This document shows, one piece after another, positions 51,601 through 63,640 of a DNA stretch of 64,000 nucleotides. The DNA is from Macrostomum lignano. Its lineage: Eukaryota. The notes under the pieces are model-generated. The model made no database searches, was not told the origin of the DNA, and saw only the letters and a program-made list of their open reading frames with translations. The translations under genes and the position numbers were made by a program. The stretch covers positions 275,427 through 339,426 of the forward strand of contig NIVC01000048.1 of assembly GCA_002269645.1 (NCBI GenBank), in the 5' to 3' direction. Numbering within the stretch: the stretch's first letter is position 1; every line of letters starts with the position of its first letter.

Positions 51601-54045
51601 ATCTGCTGCAGACGAGGGCCACATTGAAATCGTCAAGTTTCTCGTGCCGACAGTCGCGGACCAAACAAAAAGAGATGATTGCTGCATCAAAGCTGCCAAA
51701 TCTGCTGCAGACGAGGGCCACATTGAAATCGTCAAGTTTCTCGTGCCGACAGTCGCTGACCAAACAAAAAGAGATGATTGCCGCATCAAAGCTGCCGAAT
51801 ATGCTGCAGTGAAGGGCCACATTGAAATCGTCAAGTTTCTCGTGCCGACAGTCGCTGACCAAACAAAAAGAGATGATTGCTGCATCAAAGCTGCCGCATC
51901 TGCTGCATTCAATGGCCACATTGAAATCGTCAAGTTTCTCGTGCCGACAGTCGCGGACCAAACAAAAAGAGATGATTGCCGCATCAAAGCTGCCGAATCT
52001 GCTGGCAGAAATGGTCACTTTGAAATCGTCAAGTTTCTCGTGCCGACAGTCGCTGACCAAACAAAAAGAGATGATTGCTGCATCAAAGCTGCCAAATCTG
52101 CTGCAGACGAGGGCCACATTGAAATCGTCAAGTTTCTCGTGCCGACAGTCGCGGACCAAACAAAAAGAGATGATTGCCGCATCAAAGCTGCCGAATCTGC
52201 TGGCAGAAATGGTCACTTTGAAATCGTCAAGTTTCTCGTGCTGACAGTCGCGGACCAAACAAAAAGAGATGATTGCTGCATCAAAGCTGCCGCATCTGCT
52301 GCATTCAATGGCCACATTGAAATCGTCAAGTTTCTCGTGCCGACAGTCGCTGACCAAACAAAAAGAGATGATTGCTGCATCAAAGCTGCCGAATATGCTG
52401 CAGTGAAGGGCCACATGGAAATCGTCAAGTTTCTCGTGCCGACAGTCGCGGACCAAACAAAAAGAGATGATTGCTGCATCAAAGCTGCCAAATCTGCTGC
52501 AGACGAGGGCCACATTGAAATCGTCAAGTTTCTCGTGCCGACAGTCGCTGACCAAACAAAAAGAGATGATTGCCGCATCAAAGCTGCCGAATATGCTGGC
52601 AGATATGGCCACATTGAAATCGTCAAGTTTCTCGTGCCGACAGTCGCTGACCAAACAAAAAGAGATGATTGCTGCATCAAAGCTGCCGCATCTGCTGCAT
52701 TCAATGGCCACATTGAAATCGTCAAGTTTCTCGTGCCGACAGTCGCGGACCAAACAAAAAGAGATGATTGCCGCATCAAAGCTGCCGAATCTGCTGGCAG
52801 AAATGGTCACTTTGAAATCGTCAAGTTTCTCGTGCCGACAGTCGCTGACCAAACAAAAAGAGATGATTGCTGCATCAAAGCTGCCGGATCTGCTGGCAGA
52901 TATGGCCACATTGAAATCGTCAAGTTTCTCGTGCCGACAGTCGCGGACCAAACAAAAAGAGATGATTGCCGCATCAAAGCTGCCGAATCTGCTGGCAGAA
53001 ATGGTCACTTTGAAATCGTCAAGTTTCTCGTGCTGACAGTCGCGGACCAAACAAAAAGAGATGATTGCTGCATCAAAGCTGCCGAATCTGCTTACAGTAA
53101 TGGTCACTTTGAAATCGTCAAGTTTCTCGTGCCGACAGTCGCTGACCAAACAAAAAGAGATGATTGCTGCATCAAAGCTGCCGAATATGCTGCAGTGAAG
53201 GGCCACATGGAAATCGTCAAGTTTCTCGTGCCGACAGTCGCGGACCAAACAAAAAGAGATGATTGCTGCATCAAAGCTGCCGCATCTGCTGGCAGATATG
53301 GCCACATGGAAATCGTCAAGTTTCTTGTGCCGACAGTCGCCGACCAAACAAAAAGAGATGATTGGTGCATCAAAGCTGCCGAATCTGCTGCAAGCAATGG
53401 TCTGCAGGATGTCGTCGAGTTTCTTATCTCGTTTCTCTCAAGTCCCGATCAGAGAGCGAATCTCCGTTTCCAATGCGCAGTCGCGACTTGCTCTCGTCTT
53501 CACGAAGATGTCGCTGCCTTCCTTGGCCTAGAGCCCGACTGGCTCTTCCAATCCAGCACCATCCTCAGCTTCACTGCAGCAATGGCCATCGAAGGCAGGA
53601 ACTCTGTTCTCACCGACACCCTATCTCGAATGCAGCCACCTCACATCACACAGCTGCTCCGTCTCTCCATCTCTCAAAGACACGTCGCTCTTGCTGTCAC
53701 AATTGCTGTCACACTGATCAATGATGAGCGAGTCAGCACACAGCATGTCGATCTCCCAGAAGACAGCACTGGAGCCACTGCTCTCATGCTGGCAGCTGAT
53801 GCAGGTCATCATGAGCTCATTGAGAAACTCATCGATCTCGGTGCGTCAGTGCGTGCTGAAGACAGTCAGGGTCGGACTGCTCTGTCACGAGCGTGCGAAG
53901 CCGGTCATGTGCGAGCAGCCAAGGCTCTGATGGACAGAGGAGCGGATGCGAGTCATCGAGACGGTCGGGGTCAGACGTGTGCGCAGGTGGCACAGCGATT
54001 TGAGCAGCAGCAGGTGCTGCGGCTGCTTCATCCCAGTGAAGCGGG
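48602..54045 (+). CDS. ANK-cGLR gene exon 1: 47-unit atypical ankyrin array plus 2-3 canonical ankyrin repeats
   Basis: Uninterrupted ORF. 33-aa units xxAxxxGHIEIVKFLVPTVADQTKRDDCCIKAA at exact 99-bp spacing (48827 to 53381). Canonical GATALMLAADAGH and GRTALSRACEAGH follow. Donor GG|GTGAGT at 54046. Confidence 0.9.
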
Positions 54046-54465
54046 GTGAGTGAGGCAATGTTATTGCTTGTAAAAATTCTTGCAATAGAAAATGCAATTG
54101 GCAGAAGTAGAAAACAAAGGGAACAAGAAAAGAGGTGAGCCAGAAAAATGGGAGAAAAAGAGAAAACAGAAAAAAGACGCAACAAGAACGCCCCCATCCG
54201 CTTTTTGAATTTTTTCTACTTCGAGAGAAACTTCTGGTGCATGACAATCTCCGACTCAACTGCTGTGAGAAGTGAGAACCCTTACTTTCCTTCCTGCATT
54301 GCAGTAGCCCAGAGGCCCGGCAGGCAGCCGCTCACCGCTTGGAGTCGGGCCGCCATCGGTGAGTCTGACCGGTTCGGCTTTCACTGCCTCATTGCACCTT
54401 CCAACAGGCTGGCAGCTTGGGGCAGAAATTGCAGCGAAACTCGGCAGGGATGAGATTGGGTTGGA

Positions 54466-54905
54466 CTGAGTGCTGCAGCAGCTGCACTCTCAGCTCTCCT
54501 GCTTGAGATGCCAGTCTGAGTGCTGCAGCAGCTGCACTCTCAGCTCTCCTGCTTGAGATGCCAGTCTGAGTGCTGCAGCAGCTGCACTCTCAGCTCTCCT
54601 GCTTGAGATGCCAGTCTGAGTGCTGCAGCAGCTGCACTCTCAGCTCTCCTGCTTGAGATGCCAGTCTGAGTGCTGCAGCAGCTGCACTCTCAGCTCTCCT
54701 GCTTGAGATGCCAGTCTGAGTGCTGCAGCAGCTGCACTCTCAGCTCTCCTGCTTGAGATGCCAGTCTGAGTGCTGCAGCAGCTGCACTCTCAGCTCTCCT
54801 GCTTGAGATGCCAGTCTGAGTGCTGCAGCAGCTGCACTCTCAGCTCTCCTGCTTGAGATGCCAGTCTGAGTGCTGCAGCAGCTGCACTCTCAGCTCTCCT
54901 GCTTG
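54466..54905. repeat. 50-bp minisatellite (~9 units) in intron 1 of the ANK-cGLR gene
   Basis: gctgcactct recurs at 54481, 54531 and onward. Confidence 0.96.
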
Positions 54906-54959
54906 TTCCGTCCATCCAACTCTGAGCAAATCTCTCACACGCATCTCGAATCGTTCCAG

Positions 54960-55327
54960 GCTCTCAGATGACTCTCAGCAAGACAGGCGTCTGAGTGAGG
55001 AGCTGCATCGACTGCTCAGCGAGGCGGGATTCACCGAGGAGAGAGCAAAGTGTCAGCAGAGACTGGCTGACTGGCTGGAAGAAGTCGCTCAAGTCCTCAC
55101 ACAGGATGACAGGCAGATGACGGGCAGCTACGCAGAGGGCTGGGCCAACAGTCTGGTGCAAGTGAACGGCAGGACAGCTGCAGACTCGGACATTGACTGG
55201 ACTGTGCTGGTTGCTGGGCAAGAGTTCCATCTGGAAGGTGGCTGCGACAGAGAGGGATATCGTTCCTGCCGAGACGCCACTCGGCTGCAGGTCATGGAGG
55301 GCCACGCACAGGTGGCAGTGGGAGCAG
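54960..55327 (+). CDS. ANK-cGLR gene exon 2: nucleotidyltransferase catalytic core
   Basis: Acceptor cgttccag| in phase 2, matching the exon 1 donor. MTGSYAEGW...ADSDIDWTVL is the hGS...DxD motif of Mab-21/cGAS-type NTases. Donor G|GTGAGT at 55328. Confidence 0.82.
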
Positions 55328-56167
55328 GTGAGTGAGGCTGGGTTCATCATCAGAATGCTGAGATCCGCATGCAACTGGAGGCCCATTAACTTTGCTCAAC
55401 TTTAAATTTTGCAACCGAGTGGCGCATAGTCTCCAGCAGTTTCTGTGACTGCGAATGTCGGCTTGGGTGCTGAAATAAGCGGCAGGCGAAATTGAAAAGA
55501 AAACTTTGATGCCAACTGGCTGAGCCGGGCCATTGGGTTTTGAATTCACAGGCTCCGATTGCAGCAGAGTGGATGCAGCGGTGCTTGGGTGACCCACGGT
55601 AGGCGGCATGGCTCTGCTGAGGTGCTGCTGCTCTCACTTGGGAAATTTCAAACAAAATAAACCGAAGCCGCCCTGACTGCCTGATTGGTGCCTTGCTGCG
55701 GGGCACTGAGTTCTGATGATGCTTGAGCAGCTGTGCTGAGCTGCAACCTGATGAAGCCAGAGCACCTGAAGCTGAAGCTGGGTGAACTCAGTGGGTGCAG
55801 AGGCTCATGCCTCACAGGTGCACTTATTTGGCTCTTCAAGAAGCGTCGAAATTCTGTGACGTCTCACCGAGCAGCTTGTGCTGTACACTGGGCCAGACGG
55901 AGAGCATTGCAACCCTCGCCACACAGCGAGAGGCGCCCCCCACTCTCACTGGAGTCTCTAACGCCTTTGCAGGCTAGGCAACGCCGCCCACAATGTACAC
56001 ATTTTTTATTGATATTAAATAAAAATAGCTCGTGTGTATTGATTAGTAAATGAAAATGGAGTTGCAAAAGCAAAATTCCCAACCGGCCAGGAGCAAATCT
56101 GCAGTTTCAAACCAACCCATTTTTTTCACTCGCCACAAAGCCACTCTCCGCTCACTGCGCTTTGCAG

Positions 56168-57741
56168 GCAGCCAACCTGCAGTGACAGCCACGGCGTGCG
56201 GTGTGCGGCCTGCACAGGACACGTGCCATGCAATCGAGTGCTGCAGCAGTTTCTGTGAGGACAGAAGTAGAAAACCGGTTCTATTCAATAACAGAGTTCA
56301 CCTCGTGCGGGCGACCAGACCGAGCTCGACCAACGAGCTCAGAGTGAGCTTCAGCTTCCAAGAGAAATACATCATGGGACGGCTGAGCACAGTCCAGGGC
56401 CAGCTGTTCACACTCATCAAGTTCATCTTCAAGAGACACTTGCCGCTCACTCTGGACACACCTGGACTCAAGACCTACCATGCAAAGACACTGCTCTTTA
56501 CAATGCTGGAGAAGCATGGCACAGATACCGAAACTGACGCTTGGAAGCTCCACAATCTGATCGCTCTGCTCAAGGAGTCTCTCGACTTGATGCTGAGCTT
56601 CATCGACTCGAGCAGCTCGCCCGATGAGTGCATGCCGCACTTCTTCATGCCCGACGCTCCGCTCTACTTCAAGAACGCTGGAATCGGCGGCGACTTCGAC
56701 AATACGAAGGCGAGGGTTCGAGACGGACTTTTTGAGCTGAGAAGCGACATCGGTGGAGTGGTCGAGCAGCTGAGGAGACTCGTGAGACCTCTGCAGTCAG
56801 AGAAGTTCTACTTTCACCCGTTCACTCTGCTGCCTCTGACAGCGCCGCCTGCTGTCACTGAGATCAGGGAAGGAAGTGGCTACACAGAAATGTACTACAA
56901 TTTCGCAGACGTGTACAGTATGGTGCACCAGTGTGTGAGCGAGCTGCAGTCGGAATCAAGCAAAAGATACACCCTGATGAGGCAGCTCAGTCTCCTGCAT
57001 GAGCTGCAGTGGTGCAAGTGCGCCGCCCTGTGCATGACCGCAATGGCGCATTTGAAGTTCAGAGAATCTGAGGAGGCTGAGAGACTCGCGATGGAGCTGC
57101 AGAGACATCAGGTTCAGTCAGGGTTAAAGCCACAGGGTATTCGAATTTATGAATTGCCAGCAGACTCAGACTGGGCGTGGAGGTTCTGCCTCCCCTGCGA
57201 CTCTCCGCCTCGCTTCCCATTCCTTCCCGAGTTCACGCAGACTCTGTTCACAGCCAGACTGTCGCAGCCTCTCTCCTCCCACCTGTACGTGAACTTTCGC
57301 TGCCTGAGCTGGAGTCTCCAAGCTGAGCTGCTCTGCAATCGCGCACCTGCAATTAAACTGGACGATTGGAAGCGAGAGCTGGAAGAAGACCCGGACTTGG
57401 AGGAGCTGCTCACTCTGGCTCACTACAGCGACTGCCGCGAGCACGTGGAGCTCAGCTTGCAGCAGATGGAGATGATCGAGAAAGAGAGACGCGTCGTCAT
57501 GGAGACGCAGGACGAGGAGAAGATCGGCTGGGTCAGGCAGAAGCGGTGGCGAGTTTCGAACCGCAGCGGCAGCGACAGCGGCGCTCACCGCAGCAGGGAA
57601 GATGAGGAGCGGAGGCTGTGGGCGAGGGCGAGGCTGCGGCGAGACGGGGTCGACTTGGGTCGCTTCGTTGCCATGGAAACAGCAGCGGAGCAGAGAGACA
57701 GCTGGACTCACGTCAAGCTTATTCGAATGAGACTGCAGTGA
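56168..57741 (+). CDS. ANK-cGLR gene exon 3: Mab-21 C-terminal domain plus helical extension
   Basis: Acceptor ctttgcag| in phase 1, matching exon 2. QDTCHAIEC (candidate third acidic residue). RVSFSFQEKYIM...LIKFIFK...LKTYHAKTLLF and CMPHFFMP are Mab-21 hallmarks. Confidence 0.85.
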
Positions 57742-57939
57742 CCTGAGGACTTCGTTACTCAGATTTTTTAATTTTTCTGGACTCGAATTTCAGAACCCAT
57801 AATAATGTACTTTTACCGTTTGGCTTCCTTGACTTTCTTCTGTTAAATTCAGTTGAGTCCGTAAGTTTTAGAATTTGTATTTCAACTATTTTTGCTAATT
57901 TTCTGTGAATTATCTTTAATATCATAATATGCAATGGTT

Positions 57940-58250
57940 ATGAATATTGTCTGCACATGCTGTTGGATTGTCTGCACATGCTGTTGGATTGTCTGCACAT
58001 GCTGTTGGATTGACCGCACATGCTGTTGGCTTGTCTGCACATGCTGTTGGATTGACTGCACATGCTGTTGGATTGACCGCACATGCTGTTGGCTTGTCTG
58101 CACATGCTGTTGGATTGTCTGCACATGCTGTTGGCTTGTCTGCACATGCTGTTGGATTGGCTGCACATGCTGTTGGATTGTCTGCACATGCTGTTGGATT
58201 GTCTGCACATGCTGTTGGATTTTCTGCACAAGTTGTTGGATTGTCTGCAC
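57940..58250. repeat. 21-bp minisatellite (ctgcacatgctgttggattgt)
   Basis: Direct reading. Confidence 0.95.
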
Positions 58251-59119
58251 ATCCTCTTACATTATCTTTACATCCTGTTACATTGTACATCACGTCACAT
58301 TATCTATACATATACTGTTGAATTTTCTGTACACGCTTTTTTAATGTATGAAAATGCTGTTGAATTATCTCTGCATTCTCTTGGATTATCTATGCAGGCT
58401 TTTGTACATGCTGTTAGATATATGTACATCCTGTTACATTATATGTACATGCTGTTGGATTAACTGTACATGATGTAGGTATGTTGTCCGAAGCATGTAC
58501 TTGTAACTGTACCGCTCATAGACTTTTGGATCAAGTTATGCCGAAGATTTTTCCTGTAGCTGACTTTGCTACTTTTTTAGGAAATGAGCACATCGAGAGC
58601 CATCGAGTGCGAGTAGCCCTCCTGCTATGAACTGCAGTTTTGTACATTCGTGCTGCAATTCAATTCAGCCTGCATTATAAATTATGAATTTCTTTATCCG
58701 TTCAAACTGCGTGTCTGCTTTGATGCGGGCTTTTTTCTGCGATTTTGTTCTGCGGACTTCAATACACAATTGCCAATGCTTTTAATGAAATATATAAGCC
58801 AAATATACAGGTGACAGTAATCTGCATGGAAACCTGGTAATCTGGAAAATCCTAAGGTCGGTTGGGTCAGGGAGAAGCTGGACAGACTTGATGCAGCAGC
58901 TTGAGCTGAACTCAGAAACTGTAAGCCTCTGGCTTTGCCCGTGCAGTTTGAGAAATTTTACTGCACATGTTTCTGATATTTAAAATGTACTTTAATGGCT
59001 TAAAATATTGTGTGTACATGCTCCTGGATTCTTTAAGCAGCTGCTCTCAGAATCACCTCAATCAGTCTGCAAATTGATTTCATCATGTACTTTCATCATG
59101 TACTCATGTACCCTGCAGA

Positions 59120-59790
59120 GACTGGCAGCCTGACAGCTCCCTAATGAACATTCAGTGACTGACAGCCTGACAGCTCCCTCATGAACATTCAGTGACTGAC
59201 AGCCTGACAGCTCCCTCATGAACATTCAGGGACTGACAGCCTGACAGCTCCCTAATGAACATTCAGTGACTGACAGCCTGACAGCTCCCTCATGAACATT
59301 CAGTGACTGACAGCCTGACAGCTCCCTCATGAACATTCACTGACTGACAGCCTGACAGCTCCCTCATGAACATTCAGTGACTGACAGCCTGACAGCTCCC
59401 TCATGAACATTCACTGACTGACAGCCTGACAGCTCCCTCATGAACATTCACTGACTGACAGCCTGACAGCTCCCTCATGAACATTCAGTGACTGACAGCC
59501 TGACAGCTCCCTCATGAACATTCAGTGACTGACAGCCTGACAGCTCTCTCATGAACATTCAGTGACTGACAGCCTGACAGCTCCCTCATGAACATTCAGT
59601 GACTGACAGCCTGACAGCTCCCTCATGAACATTCAGTGACTGACAGCCTGACAGCTCCCTCATGAACATTCAGTGACTGACAGCCTGACAGCTCCCTCAT
59701 GAACATTCAGTGACTGACAGCCTGACAACTCCCTTATGAACTTTCAGTGACTTACAGCCTGACAGCTCTCTCATGAACATTCACTGACGG
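59120..59790. repeat. 37-bp minisatellite (gactgacagcctgacagctccctcatgaacattcagt)
   Basis: About 18 units. Confidence 0.96.
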
Positions 59791-60169
59791 GACTGACCGG
59801 ACAGGCAGGTCGCGGCCCCAGTCGCCATTCATTTTTCTGTCCGATCCAAGAGCTCCGCACGCTGCTGATGAACTCAAAACTGCGGCCATTTCTATATTGC
59901 CGTCCATATTTGATGCCTGCTCTGTGCCATAAACCAAATGCACTGCTTCGGTTTCTAAATATAGAATGATGCGACCTGCCACTCGCTCTCAGTGCCAGCT
60001 CTGAGGCTCTGCAAGGGTGGCTTGAATGTCATTGAAATGTCAACCAGTGCTTTGCAGATTTGCCTCATAAAATTCACTTGATGGAGATGTGCGTGCGTTC
60101 CAGCAGCCAGGTAGCTTAAATTAAGAAAAATTTGAAATCTAAAACAAATTACAGAAATAAAATAAGTTA

Positions 60170-60330
60170 AGGGCTCGAGTCCGGGACCGAGCAGTGGGGA
60201 TGCAGTGAGCATCTGAAGTGGGCTCGAGTCCGGGACCGAGCAGTGGGGATGCAGTGAGCATCTGAAGTGGGCTCGAGTCCGGGACCGAGCAGTGGGGATG
60301 CAGTGAGCATCTGAAGTGGGCTCGAGTCCC
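60170..60330. repeat. 49-bp tandem repeat, 3 copies
   Basis: gggctcgagtccgggaccgagcagtggggatgcagtgagcatctgaagt. Confidence 0.93.
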
Positions 60331-60487
60331 TGAATGATTAGCGGGGATGCAGTGTGCTTGACCCGCAGGTTCAGTTAATCCCTCAGGAGCTGCACTGGCT
60401 GCTCCCACAGCAACATGCAGACAGGGGGATGCAGAGGAATCTGCGATTGGCCTCCGAGCCCGCAGTGGCAGCGAACGCTTCCCTGCG

Positions 60488-60992
60488 CTGTCTCGCCCTC
60501 CCTCTTTCTCGCCCTCACTCTGTCTCGCCCTCACTCTGTCTCGCCCTCACTCTGTCTCGCCCTCACTCTGTCTCGCCCTCACTCTGTCTCGCCCTCACTC
60601 TGTCTCGCCCTCACTCTGTCTCGCCCTCACTCTGTCTCGCCCTCACTCTGTCTCGCCCTCGCTCTGTATCGCCCTCCCCTGTCTCGCCCTCGCTCTGTCT
60701 CGCCCTCACTCTGTCTCGCCCTCACTCTGTCTCGCCCTCACTCTGTCTCGCCCTCACTCTGTCTCGCCCTCACTCTGTCTCGCCCTCACTCTGTCTCGCC
60801 CTCACTCTGTCTCGCCCTCACTCTGTCTCGCCCTCACTCTGTCTCGCCCTCACTCTGTCTCGCCCTCACTCTGTCTCGCCCTCACTCTGTCTCGCCCTCA
60901 CTCTGTCTCGCCCTCACTCTGTCTCGCCCTCGCTCTGTATCGCCCTCCCCCTGTCTCGCCCTCACTCTGTCTCGCCCTCACTCTGTATCGCC
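60488..60992. repeat. 16-bp minisatellite (ctgtctcgccctcact)
   Basis: Direct reading. Confidence 0.96.
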
Positions 60993-62894
60993 ATCATTCC
61001 GTACTCCTGTCGCGTTTGCAGTCGATGGACTGCGGGACTGGCGTCATCGCCCAGTGAAAATGAGCCTGCACCTACACACAGTCAAACTCCTAAACCAGAT
61101 TCTCAATCCGCAATGGCATTATGGGAAACCACTCAGTTCTGGCAAATCCAGTCCCTACTCAGACAATTCATAAGTATTGATTGCAAAAGAAACACGCCGT
61201 ACTTATCGGCATGCTGGCCGGTGCCGGAATGTCGCGCAGGTGAAGCCAAGATAATCCAGAGAGACTTTGTGGCCTACTTGATGACGAAGGAGTGATGACT
61301 GAAGTCTCGAGGCTTTCCAGCTGCCTGTTTGTTATATCAAGCGTTGGGTTTTCTGATTGGACGAGTCCGGGATGACTAGCTCGATTCTGATTGGATGAGC
61401 TCAAAACCCCACAATGCTCTCTATCGAGAGGCCTCTCAGACTCCGTGGGACTTGACAGGTGCGGTCATAAATCATAAAAATGGGGGAAAAGCCAGTCAAA
61501 ATCCTTGACTTGTCGGAGCCAAAGAATGACAGCTAGACGATCGCCAATCACAAAAACTGACGAAAACGATGACTAAAAATCACCTTGTTAGAGTGACAGG
61601 TAGGTGATCATAAATCAAAATCAGTCCAGACCGGCTGAGCTCTGGACAGGTAAACCATTCAACAAAGCAGAAACCACAAAAATTCAGTAAGACCTAGAAA
61701 ATTCCAAGAACAAATAGTAGATAAAAATCCTTACCCAGCCTACTTACAGTAACAGAGATGGGAACCAGGCGCGATTCTAAGATTGGAAAAAGTGCGACCT
61801 CATCAATATTGGTGGCAGATCTGATGCTGAGAAGGACATTGAATGGAATATTGTGTGCCATTCTGGGTGTGCAGCAGCGATGGAGATGGACACATTTCAC
61901 CATGCGGAAGTGCTACGGCAATCCGCCAGCCGTTGCACCAAGTCGCCACTGTCGGCATCTCCGCCTCCATCAGCTCAATTGACCCCAGCTTGAGCACACC
62001 TGACCCGTCTGTAGTCACCTGCCACTTCTCAGAGTGCTCAATTTCAGCTACAGGTGCCAGAAGCTTTGAAAGTTCTAATAGGAATTCTCCAGCAAGGTGT
62101 CAATGGCAGGGCCTTGGCAACTAAAGACACGGAAGACTGCAGTTTCCATCTGTGACCGTCACAGCTGCTTGAACGGAAACCGCAGACTTGTAATCACTCC
62201 AGGTACACGCTGATGCTTATTCCTCTGCGATGCCTTCTGCACACACCTGTTCTTGAACCCGTGAGACGCACACGCACCGGATATCTAAATTCATTCCAGA
62301 GGATTTTCCAAGACTTCTGCGTTACCGCAGGGTTCCGCCTGTTGTGGCTGAGGTGTCGAACTCCAGAGTAACATTAAGTATAGTTTAGTGTAACACCGAA
62401 GAATTCAATATAATTTCAGTATGAAACGCATTATGAAGTGGGCAGTCGGTGGCTGAATAAAGTAGTACAGTCGCATTTTACGCTACTTATTTGAGGAAAA
62501 GCTTGATAAATAAATTTACTTTAATAGCGTAAATATTAAGCATGCTGGAGACAGCACACCGATGCAGACAGTAAAAGTACAAACAGATCAAGGTAGAAGT
62601 GCATCAAAGTGCACTCAGTGCTGTATGGTTACAGTGAGATGTACGATAGAACAGTCAGTACAGTTGGGGTCTGCGAGTGCCTGTCAGTGTGGCTCTATGC
62701 AGCCTTAGTATGTTGAATAACTGCACACGGCATCGTGTACACACAGATAGCAGACACACACTGACAGGCCGAGAAGACACACACACAGACAGCAGACACA
62801 CAGAGTTGTTGGAGAAAACACACACACACACACAGAGCAGACACATGGACAGACACAAAGGACCACAAAAAATCGATTGCAGTTGATCTGGAAG

Positions 62895-62992
62895 GCGGAT
62901 GTCAGGGTGTCAGGCGGACGTCAGGGTCTCAGGCGGATGCCAGGGTGTCAGGCGGATGTCAGGGTGTCAGGCGGATGTCAGGGTGTCAGGCT
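62895..62992. repeat. 19-bp minisatellite (ggcggatgtcagggtgtca)
   Basis: About 5 units. Confidence 0.9.
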
Positions 62993-63324
62993 CCGATTTG
63001 AGCCCATAGCAACCGCTCTGCTCACATGAGCAGCCCAACCCACATAAACTTGTGCACAGGTCACCAAGACACGCTGAATTTACAAAACAGACTTGATAAG
63101 AATGATTGCGCATAGCATGCAGCTTCTGATTGGATGAATCTGGCAATGCATTCTGCAGCACAATGCGGCACTCAATGTAAACCAATATGAACAAAATCAG
63201 TCAGAGTTGCGCACGAGTTGCCTGTGAGTTCATCTGCACTGATGGCCGAATTGTGGCACCTGAAATTGAAGGTGTGCAGTGGGGGTCTTTGAATTGACTT
63301 TGGTGGGCGATTTTAATGGCATTG

Positions 63325-63640
63325 GGGCGATTCCCAGTGAGATTGGAGGCGAGTCCCAGTGAGATTGGAGGCGATTCCCAGTGAGATTGGAGGCGATTTC
63401 CAGTGAGATTCCCAGTGAGATTGGAGACGATTTCCAGTGCGATTCCCAGTGAGATTGGAGACGATTCCCAGTGAGATTGGAGGCGATTCCCAGTGAGATG
63501 GGAGGCTATTTCCAGTGAGATTGGAGGCGAGTCGCAGTAAGATTGGAGGCGAGTCGCAGTTAGATTGGAGGCGAGTCGCTGTGAGATTGGAGGCTATTCC
63601 CAGTGAGATTGGAGGCGATTCCCAGTGAGACGGGAGACTA
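63325..63640. repeat. ~21-bp minisatellite (cccagtgagattggaggcgatt)
   Basis: Direct reading. Confidence 0.92.

Noticed and set aside
48752-53347. 1531-aa antisense ORF and other alternative-frame ORFs over the ankyrin array
   Set aside because: Shadow frames of a 99-bp repeat whose unit happens to lack stops. There is no independent domain signal
48827-53398. CRISPR-like reading (constant repeat with variable spacer)
   Set aside because: The variable part is only ~18 bp, recurs among units, keeps the reading frame and encodes ankyrin residues. The context is eukaryotic with no cas genes
54820-54959. N-terminal part of the 54820-55335 ORF
   Set aside because: Translation of the 50-bp intronic minisatellite. 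The acceptor at 54958-54959 is the better exon start (54926 is a weaker in-phase alternative)
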